From NCBI GenBank assembly GCA_021788685.1, contig JAJYKH010000001.1, forward strand, positions 1 through 28,084: a DNA stretch of 28,084 nt, given 5' to 3'. Below the pieces are notes generated by a model that saw nothing but the letters and a program-made list of their open reading frames with translations, did no database searches and had not been told where the DNA came from. The first letter of the stretch is position 1, and each line of letters opens with the position of its first letter. Shown piece by piece: positions 1 to 7,288 of the stretch. Source of the DNA: Deltaproteobacteria bacterium (GTDB taxonomy: Bacteria; Desulfobacterota; Desulfobulbia; Desulfobulbales; UBA5123). The translations under genes and the position numbers were made by a program.

Positions 1-98
1 GTGAAGACCTTCTGCCGGCGCCGCAGGCCGCGAGCCGCCGGATGGGCCGCCAGGCGGGCGGCGATGAGGGTGGGAAGGACGCCAATGCTTTCGGACAT
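1..98 (-). CDS. Possible 5' end of a gene running off the left edge (MSESIGVLPTLIAARLAAHPAARGLRRRQKVF...), function unknown
   Basis: ATG at 98-96 follows an in-frame TAA (113-111) and the frame stays open to the window edge. It is divergent from aroB, the RBS is weak and no motif was recognised. Confidence 0.3.
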   Translation of the reverse strand, partial: MSESIGVLPTLIAARLAAHPAARGLRRRQKVF

Positions 99-269
99 CT
101 GCGTGAGACCTTAATCCGGACGATGGGTTGCGCTCACCTTATTGAATCGACGGTTCATAGCGCAAACTGCAACCAACCATGGCTTCACCCGTCGCCCTCC
201 GGGGCCTTTTCCTTTATGGTACTCCAGGACCCGGGCTCGATTCAAAGCAACGCCAGGGGGATATCCGGC

Positions 270-297
270 TTGCAACCTCGCCCGATCTTTTTATAAT
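270..297 (+). promoter_or_regulatory. Sigma70-type promoter candidate for aroB
   Basis: TTGCAA (270-275), 16 bp spacer, TATAAT (292-297), about 110 nt upstream of the aroB ATG. Confidence 0.55.
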
Positions 298-407
298 CCG
301 GAATCCGTCGGGGGCGTCCCGGAGTCAGCGAGAGCGCGGGCAGGGCGGCGGAACGTACCCCGGACGCACGGGGTTCGGCATTCCAGCGTTTTCACAAGGA
401 AACAGGT

Positions 408-1496
408 ATGAGAGAGATTCAGGTGGGGTTGGGCGCGCGGGCCTACCCGCTCATCATCAGGGAGGGAGCGCTCGCTTCAGTCGGGAGCGACCTCAAGGAG
501 CGGGCCATTGCCAAACGCTACGTGGTGGTGGCCGACGAGCACGTCAACGGCCTCTATGGCGAAAGCCTGCTCGCCAATCTGGGGCAGGCCGGCCTTGGCG
601 CGGAGCTGCTGACCTTCCCCCGGGGGGAGGCGAGCAAGAATCTCGCCACCGTGGGCGAGCTGGCGAGCCGCCTGGCCCGCCTGGGCATCGACCGCAAGGA
701 CGGGCTGATTGCCCTCGGCGGCGGGGTGACCGGCGACCTTACCGGCTTCCTCGCGGCGGTCTACATGCGCGGCATCCCATTCATTCAGGTCCCCACCACC
801 CTGCTCGCGCAGGTGGATAGCTCTGTGGGCGGCAAAACCGGGGTCGATATCCCGGAGGGCAAGAACCTGGTTGGCGCCTTTTACCAACCCCGGGCCGTCT
901 ATATCGATCCCCAGGTCCTGCTGTCGCTCCCGGCCGGGGAGATGCTCAACGGCTTGGCTGAGGTGATCAAGTATGGCGTCATCTACGACAGACCGTTTTT
1001 CGATCTCCTGGCCGCCCGGCGCGAGGATATCCTCCGCCGCGACCTCGGCGTGCTGGAAGAGGTGATTGCCCGCTGCTGCGAAATCAAGGCGGCGGTAGTG
1101 GCGGCCGATGAGCGGGAGGCCGATCTGCGGCGCATCCTCAACTTCGGCCACACCCTCGGCCACGCGGTGGAAGCGGCCTCCGGGTACGGCTTGGCCCATG
1201 GCCTCGCGGTGGCCATCGGCATGGTCGCCGCGGCCGAGCTGGCGGTGGGCATGGGGCTGCTGGCCCGGACGGAAGCGGAGCATCTGCGGGAGGTGGTGAC
1301 CGCCTACGGGCTGCCGAGCACAATTCCTGCCGGCCTGGAACCTCCCTTCATCAAGGGTTTTCTGAAGACGGACAAGAAGACGGTGGGCGGCCGGCCCTTC
1401 TTCGTGCTTCCCACCAAGCTTGGGGCCGTGACCATCACCGACCAGGTGGGGGAAGGGCTGATTGATCAGGTGATTGCAAGGCTGAAAGGGAAGTAG
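408..1496 (+). CDS. aroB: 3-dehydroquinate synthase
   Basis: 362 aa with ALGGGVTGDLTGF, RGIPFIQVPTTLLAQVDSSVGGKTG, KNLVGAFYQP, AEVIKYG and LNFGHTLGHAVE motifs. Confidence 0.97.
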   Translation: MREIQVGLGARAYPLIIREGALASVGSDLKERAIAKRYVVVADEHVNGLYGESLLANLGQAGLGAELLTFPRGEASKNLATVGELASRLARLGIDRKDGLIALGGGVTGDLTGFLAAVYMRGIPFIQVPTTLLAQVDSSVGGKTGVDIPEGKNLVGAFYQPRAVYIDPQVLLSLPAGEMLNGLAEVIKYGVIYDRPFFDLLAARREDILRRDLGVLEEVIARCCEIKAAVVAADEREADLRRILNFGHTLGHAVEAASGYGLAHGLAVAIGMVAAAELAVGMGLLARTEAEHLREVVTAYGLPSTIPAGLEPPFIKGFLKTDKKTVGGRPFFVLPTKLGAVTITDQVGEGLIDQVIARLKGK

Positions 1497-1504
1497 GATC
1501 TTTG

Positions 1505-1540
1505 AATTGGTTTTTGAAGTGCAAATCAAAAATCAGCTGC
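1505..1540. repeat. Family B intergenic inverted repeat (GCTGATTTTTGAAGTG...CAAATCAAAAATCAGC), copy 1
   Basis: ttggtttttgaagtgcaaatcaaaaatcagc. The 20-mer agtgcaaatcaaaaatcagc (1518-1537) is identical to 10270-10289. The copy overlaps the last codons and stop of the FGE-domain gene. Confidence 0.7.
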
Positions 1541-4189
1541 GCATCGGAAGCCCACAATATTCGAGCAGTGACTCTCCTTCTCGATAGTTCGATGGGCAAT
1601 GGTGACTCGACCGCCGGTGGCCCAGCTTCCCCCCTTGAGCACATAGACCAAGCCACGGCCGCCCCCCTTGCTGCCGTGGATGGTGGCCGTCCACTCGTAC
1701 ACGTTGCCGAGCAGGTCGGCCACCCCGAAGGGGCTCGCCGCTTCCGGTCCGTGCTCGTCCACCGGGGTGGTGCCGCCCCAGAGGGAGGCGAGCACGTTGG
1801 CCCGGGCGGGTGACCAGTCGTGCCCCCAGGGGAAGGGGCGGCCGTCGTGGGCGCCGGCCGCGGCCTCCCACTCCTCCTCGCTGGGGAGCCTTTTGCCCGC
1901 CCAGCGAACAAAGGCCAGGGCGTCGGCCAGGGTAACCTGCACCACCGGGTGGCGGTGCTTGCCCTGGATGGTGCTCTCCGGCCCGGCGGGATGCCGCCAG
2001 TCGGCCCCGTCCGCCTGGCGCATGCTGGTGCCGCGGTCGATGCTGAACACGGCCCGGCCAGTGGCGGGCTCCGTATGGTTGGCGAAGCGGCCCTCGTAGA
2101 CCAAGCCGTACCCCCGCTTTTCCGCTTCGGTCACGTAGCCGGTCTCCCGGACGAACAGCTCGAAAAGATCGTTGGTGACCGGGAACTGCCCGATGCGGAA
2201 GGACGGGAGCCGGACCTCGCGGCGGGGCAGCTCGCGCCCCTGGGGCTCCGGACTGCCCACCCGGTACGCGCCCGCGGGAATGCTGTGGTACCGGGGGGCA
2301 AACCGGCTGAGGATCTGCGCCAGGTACGGATCGTTGGCGGCCCCTGTGCCCCCGGTCCCGGCCTCCTGCTCGCCCACCAGCCCGGAAAGGGCTTCCAGCA
2401 GGCCCATGGTGTCCTCAGGTCCGGCGGCGGGATCGTGGCCAGCAGGATCTTCTCCCGCGTCGAGGGCAAGCTCCTCATCCGGCAGCAGCTCCACCTGTTC
2501 GATCTCCTCTTCTTCGAGGAGGTCGCCGGCCGCCATCTCTCCGCTATCGCTTGCTTGTTCCGGGGCCATCGAAGATTCCTCCCCGAGGACCTCTTCGAGC
2601 TCCTCGATTTCGTCTTCGAAAAAAACGGCCTCGGTTTCGATGACCGGCTCGTTCCCGGCAGCGGGAGCCGCTTCCCCCGGCGGCGTGCTCCCCGCATCCT
2701 GGAGGCCGGCCGCGCCAAGCGGTTCCACCGGGGTGGCGCTCGGCGCCTCCTCCGGCCCTTCCGCCAGCTCGACTTGCTCGACTTCATCCTCGGAGAAGAT
2801 GTCTTCGGCCTCAATGACCTCCCCGCCAGCGGCTCCTTCCGGGGATTGGAGATTCTCCCCGACCATCCCCTGTTCTTCGGTTTCAGGGGAAGCGGCAGCG
2901 TCCGGCCGTTCCGGCCCGGGGGCGGCCAGCGCCGCCGCTGCTTCCTCCGGCAGCTCGGCTTCCTCAATTTCATCCTCGTAGAGGATCTCCCCGGCCTCCA
3001 CCTCCTCCACGGCGGCGGCTGTTTCCCCCATTTCGGGCCCGACGGTCTCCTCGGTCAGTTGGCCGTCCCCTGACCGGTGGGCGGAGTCCGAAGCCTCCTC
3101 CGGCACCTCGGCTTCTTCAGTGCCGTCAACGGAGACCTGCCCGCCGACCAGGGCCCCGGTCCCGAATCCGGCCGAACCGCCAGCACCCACCCCGGGAGCC
3201 GCCGCGAGGATGGCCTCCGGTTCCGGATCATCCCCCGCCAGCTCGGCCTCCTCGATTTCATCCTCGAAGAAGACCTGCTCCGCCTCGATCACGGCCTCCC
3301 CTGCGCCGGCAGGGGCGGCTTCGGGCTGGAGCCCGCCATCGGCCCCGGATGTTTCCTCAGGGACTCCATCGATCTCGATTGCCTCGTCAGCGGACAGCTC
3401 CTCGACGGCCTCCTCGGCAATTTCCTCGAGGAGCGGGGCCGGGCTGCCGGCCGGTGGTGCTTCTTCGCCCGTTTCGCCGACGATCTCCACCTCCTCGGCC
3501 TCGATGATTTCCGCCTCACCGATGTCCGGCCCGGGCAGACCGGGGTGGCCTGCGGGGAGGGAATCGCCCCCGCCCGCGGCGTCTGCCGGCCATTCCGGAA
3601 AGGCGGTGTTCTCCCCTCCGGTAGGGAAAACAGGCGGGCCGGCATCCGGACCAGTTCCCGGCGCGAGGCCCCGTTCCTTCGCTGCCTGCTCCAGGTAGGC
3701 CTTGGTCTGCTCTAGTCCGGCCAGGAGCTCCTGGACCGCCTCGATCCCCTTCTCCTGAATGAGGGTGGAGAAAAGGGACTGGAAGGAGCTGAACGCCTCC
3801 TTCACGGTCAGGGCCGATTCCGCGCCTAGGCCAAGCTGCTCGATCAGGCTGTTCTTCTTTTCCTCGGAAACGATGAAGGCGTTCTCGCGGCCGAGAATGA
3901 TCCCCTCGGGGTTGAGTCCTTTCCGGCTCAGCTCCCGCAGACTTTTGTTGAGCGAAGACTTGAGGCCGCTGAGATTCTTCCGCTTCTGCTGGATCTCGCC
4001 GGAATCGCCGGTTTCCCACACCTGCCGGATGAGCTCCTCGGGGGGGATGGAGTCGATGGCCGCCAAACTCTCTTCGGTGGGGAAGTGGGAGCGGACCGCC
4101 ATGAGCAGGCGGTATTTGAGGGTGTCTTCCCGGAGGGCGAGATGGGCGATGGCCTCGTCGATGCCGGCGAGGGTGACCAGGGAAGCCAT
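1526..4189 (-). CDS. FGE-sulfatase (SUMF1/EgtB/PvdO family) domain protein with winged-helix-like N-terminus and long acidic repeat linker
   Basis: 887 aa, GGAGG RBS at 4198-4202. The C-terminal ~250 aa carry FGE motifs: IPAGAYRVGS, FRIGQFPVTNDLFELFV, HPVVQVT..DA.AF..WAGKRLPSEEEWEAAA, FPWG, FGVADLLGNVYEWT, KGGSW, GFRC. Confidence 0.9.
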   Translation of the reverse strand: MASLVTLAGIDEAIAHLALREDTLKYRLLMAVRSHFPTEESLAAIDSIPPEELIRQVWETGDSGEIQQKRKNLSGLKSSLNKSLRELSRKGLNPEGIILGRENAFIVSEEKKNSLIEQLGLGAESALTVKEAFSSFQSLFSTLIQEKGIEAVQELLAGLEQTKAYLEQAAKERGLAPGTGPDAGPPVFPTGGENTAFPEWPADAAGGGDSLPAGHPGLPGPDIGEAEIIEAEEVEIVGETGEEAPPAGSPAPLLEEIAEEAVEELSADEAIEIDGVPEETSGADGGLQPEAAPAGAGEAVIEAEQVFFEDEIEEAELAGDDPEPEAILAAAPGVGAGGSAGFGTGALVGGQVSVDGTEEAEVPEEASDSAHRSGDGQLTEETVGPEMGETAAAVEEVEAGEILYEDEIEEAELPEEAAAALAAPGPERPDAAASPETEEQGMVGENLQSPEGAAGGEVIEAEDIFSEDEVEQVELAEGPEEAPSATPVEPLGAAGLQDAGSTPPGEAAPAAGNEPVIETEAVFFEDEIEELEEVLGEESSMAPEQASDSGEMAAGDLLEEEEIEQVELLPDEELALDAGEDPAGHDPAAGPEDTMGLLEALSGLVGEQEAGTGGTGAANDPYLAQILSRFAPRYHSIPAGAYRVGSPEPQGRELPRREVRLPSFRIGQFPVTNDLFELFVRETGYVTEAEKRGYGLVYEGRFANHTEPATGRAVFSIDRGTSMRQADGADWRHPAGPESTIQGKHRHPVVQVTLADALAFVRWAGKRLPSEEEWEAAAGAHDGRPFPWGHDWSPARANVLASLWGGTTPVDEHGPEAASPFGVADLLGNVYEWTATIHGSKGGGRGLVYVLKGGSWATGGRVTIAHRTIEKESHCSNIVGFRCAADF

Positions 4190-4203
4190 GCGGCGGTCCT
4201 CCG

Positions 4204-4367
4204 CAGGGGTAAGCGGTCACAGGGCGGCGCATCTGCTTTGTCAGCGGTCTGTCCGCATACCTGGTGTATAGCGAACAGGCCGCTTTCGCGCATCTGCACG
4301 GCCCCTGTAACCGCTTGCAACTTGGGTGCATACGCGATACGTCGTACTTACCCCTGTGATCGGTTAC
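4204..4367 (-). other. Candidate structured 5' leader of the FGE-domain gene (nested helices)
   Basis: CAGGGGTAAG (4204-4213) pairs with CTTACCCCTG (4348-4357). AAGCGGTCACAGGG (4211-4224) pairs 13/14 with CCCTGTAACCGCTT (4303-4316). Three small internal hairpins lie between. Confidence 0.35.
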
Positions 4368-4601
4368 GCGCAAGGGTGTGGTGATGTCGAGACTCTCGTG
4401 AAGTAGTACCAGGAACGGCGATGGTTGGAAACCGGAAACGGGAGAAGAAGGCAGCCAGAAACAGCAATCGGCGGTGCCGGGGCTTGGAGTCTCCTTGGCT
4501 CCGGAATGCCGATCTGAATTCCGTTTGCTTCTCATCGGGCATGGATTACCATTATTCTGCTTTCATGCCACAAGGAAAAAGAGGGAACGTGAGGAGGGAG
4601 C

Positions 4602-7219
4602 TTGATGGCAGCGCCGGTCATCATCGTCGAGTCCGAAGCCAAAGCCGCCCTGCTGCGGTCGCAGTTGGGAAAGGAAATGGAGGTGGCGGTCCTGCCGGCG
4701 GCCCCCGCCAAGGCCTCTTGGCTGGTCCCCAAAGACAAGCTGAAACGGGCGATGCCCCGGTTCGGCTTTGCTCCCCTCCCCGCGGCCAGGCCTCTGCTGG
4801 ATCGGCTGCACGCCGCCCAGGACCGGGACATCTACCTGGCCCTGGAGAACAATGTCCAGGGGGAATACTGGAGCTGGCTGCTGAGCGGCCACCTGGCGGA
4901 GGTTACCAAGGGGCGGCTGGTGCCGGGCCGCCTGCGGCTGTGCGGGCTCAACCGGGAGGAGATCCAGCAGGGGCTTCGGCTGGTGGACACGATCCGGGAG
5001 GAGGCGGCCATCCACGCCCATATCCGCCTGCTCCTCAACGCCTGCCTGGGCAAGCACCTGGACCGGCTGCTGGGGACCCGCTACGGCCCGCAAAATCTGC
5101 CGCTCGATTTCTGCACCCTGGCGGTCCTGGGTCTGCTCCGGGAGCGGGAGGCGGAGCTGGCGGCCCATACGCCGCCGGTCAGGTGGCAGGTGCGGACCAC
5201 TCTCGCCTGCGATGACAGGCCGCTGGCCGCCCGCCTATCCTTTGCGTTCGGCCTCAGCGAGGACGGCTTGTTCGGGCAGGCTGCGGAAGCCAAGGCCGCC
5301 ATCGAGCTCTTCCAGGGGCAACCCGCCATCGTCCGGGAGATCCGCCGGGAGGAGACCCTGCTGGAGCCGCCTCCGCCGTACCGCTGGCCCGAGCTGGTCC
5401 AGGAGGCCTTCCGCCTCCACGGTTTTTCCCCCCTGCTCGTGATCCGGTCCCTTGAAGAGCTCGCGGCCGGGGTGCAGCTCGACGGGGGACCAGTCGCGCT
5501 GATCGGCTCCTCCTGGTGCCTGGCGCCGGTCTCCTGCGCCTCGGTGGCCGGGAGGTGCAAGGCGTATCTGGCAGGGCAGGGGACGGCCGCCGGAGACACC
5601 GGAGACGGAACGGAGCCGGAAGGAGGGGGCCTGTCTCCGCTCCGGCCGGAAATCGGCCCGGAGCGGCTGCCGCCGGCCCTTCCCGCCGAGGCCCGCATCA
5701 TCTACGGCATGATCCGGTCGCGGGCCCTGGCCAGCCAGATGACCCCGGCCCGGGTCGAAACCGCGGAAGTGGTGCTCGGGGCCGGCGACGCCTGCCGGTT
5801 CAGCGCCGCCCTGCGGCGGGTGCTCGCCCCGGGGTTCCTGGATCTGCCTCGACCATTCACGAGCAGGATCTGCGTGAGCCCTCCGCCCTCGAGCACATCC
5901 GGGAAGGGGAGGAGCTTGCCATCCTCCAGATCGCGCCGGGGCCGTATACCACCCCGCCCGAGCTGTACAGCCTCTCCTCCCTGGTCGCCGATCTCGAGGA
6001 ATACGGGCTGGGTGCCGATCCGGTGGTCCCCGCCCGGCTGGCCCGGATGGCCGAGGCCGGCTATATCGAGCTGCTGCCGGAAGGGGGGCTGCGGCCCGGG
6101 GACAACGTCGCGAAGACCGCCGCCGTCCTCGACCGGACGCTGCCGACCCTGACCGGCCTCCAGCTGCCGGGGCTGATGGGCCAGCTGGCCCAGGAGATGG
6201 CCGCCGGCCGCAAACCCCTCGATTTCGGCCTGCATCAGCTGGAGCAGACCCTGATCATGCGGGGCAATGTCCAGGTGAAATCGGAAGCGGCGATTGCCCT
6301 TCCGCATCGCCGGTCGGCCCGCAGCATCATCAAGGCGGAGCCCCCTTCCTCCACCCCGGGGCGGGCACCCGCCCTGCCGACGGAGCCGGCCGAGCGCCCG
6401 GAGTCCCCTGCCGGTCCGGAAGTGATCGTGGCCGATCAATCGCCGCCGGCCCCTGTCCCTGCGGAGCAGTCCGCCACAGAGCCCGCGGCCGAACCGCCGT
6501 TGCCCGCACAGGCGGAACAGCCGGAGGGTTACCCGGGTGCCCCGCCGGAAGCGGTAATGGAAGCGGAGGCGGTGGACACCGTCCCTTTGGAGCCCGAGTC
6601 GTCCACCGAGAGCGTCGGCCGGGAGTCCGGGGCCGCCGGGGCATTCGGGACGGAAACGGCGGATGCCGAAGAGCTGGCAGCGATGGCGGCCGCTCTTCCG
6701 GCGGAAGCCGCGGAAGCCTTTCTGTCGGAGGAGTCGGGTGCGGGCCGGCCCTGCCCGGCCTGCGGGCAGCCCCTCGTGCACAAGGAAGACCGGTTCGGCC
6801 CTTATGTGGCCTGCTCCGGGTTTCCCGCCTGCCGATATGTCGAAGCGGGCCGGCAGGAAGAGGAGATCATGGCCTGTCCCTTGTGCCGGCAGGGGGGCAT
6901 CATGGCAACCCGAACCGCATCCGGCCGCACCATCTATGTCTGTCGTTCCGAGGGCTGCGATTTTCTTGCCTGGAGCCGCCCCCATGCCGGGAGGTGCCCG
7001 GTCTGCCAAGCGCCTTATCTAGTGGAAAGGAAGCGGGCGGACGGCGGCACCGTGCTCGGGTGCCCCCGGAACGGCTGCAGCTACAGCCAGGAGCAGGGGC
7101 TGATGGCGGAGCCGACAGCCCCGGATGGGCCCCGGAAGGTGCGGGTGCGGGTGGTCAAACGGGCCGGCGCCGCCCCGGCCGGCAAGCGGAAGGTGGTGGT
7201 GGTCAGGAGGAAAAAGTAA
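4602..7219 (+). CDS. Type IA topoisomerase (TopA)-like protein lacking catalytic residues, with three C-terminal C4 zinc ribbons; split by a -1 frameshift near 5844-5860 (ORFs 4602..6152 and 5516..7219)
   Basis: First frame: IIVESEAKA (Toprim start), PPPPYRWPELVQEA, IYGMIRSRALASQMTPA, APGFL. Second frame: IREGEEL, TTPPELYSLSSLVADLEEYGLG, CPACGQPLVHKEDRFGPYVACSGFPACRY and two further C4 ribbons. GGAG-rich RBS before 4602. Confidence 0.85.
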
Positions 7220-7288
7220 CGATTAACGAGTGACAAGTAACGAGCAACGAGCCTACCTGTCCTGAGCTCGTCACTTGTCACCTGTCAC
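7216..7288. repeat. Family A heptamer (GTRACRR) tandem + inverted repeat at convergent junction, copy 1
   Basis: GTAACGA-TTAACGA-GTGACAA-GTAACGA-GCAACGA (7216-7250), then inverted TCGTCAC-TTGTCAC-CTGTCAC (7268-7288). The stop codons of both flanking genes lie inside units. Confidence 0.8.

Noticed and set aside
5835-5865. Programmed ribosomal frameshift in the TopA-like gene
   Set aside because: No slippery heptamer or homopolymer run is present at the junction; an indel is the simpler explanation
7216-7288. Heptamer arrays and other repeats as CRISPR arrays
   Set aside because: Units are 7 nt and contiguous, there are no unique 30-40 nt spacers, and no cas genes are present
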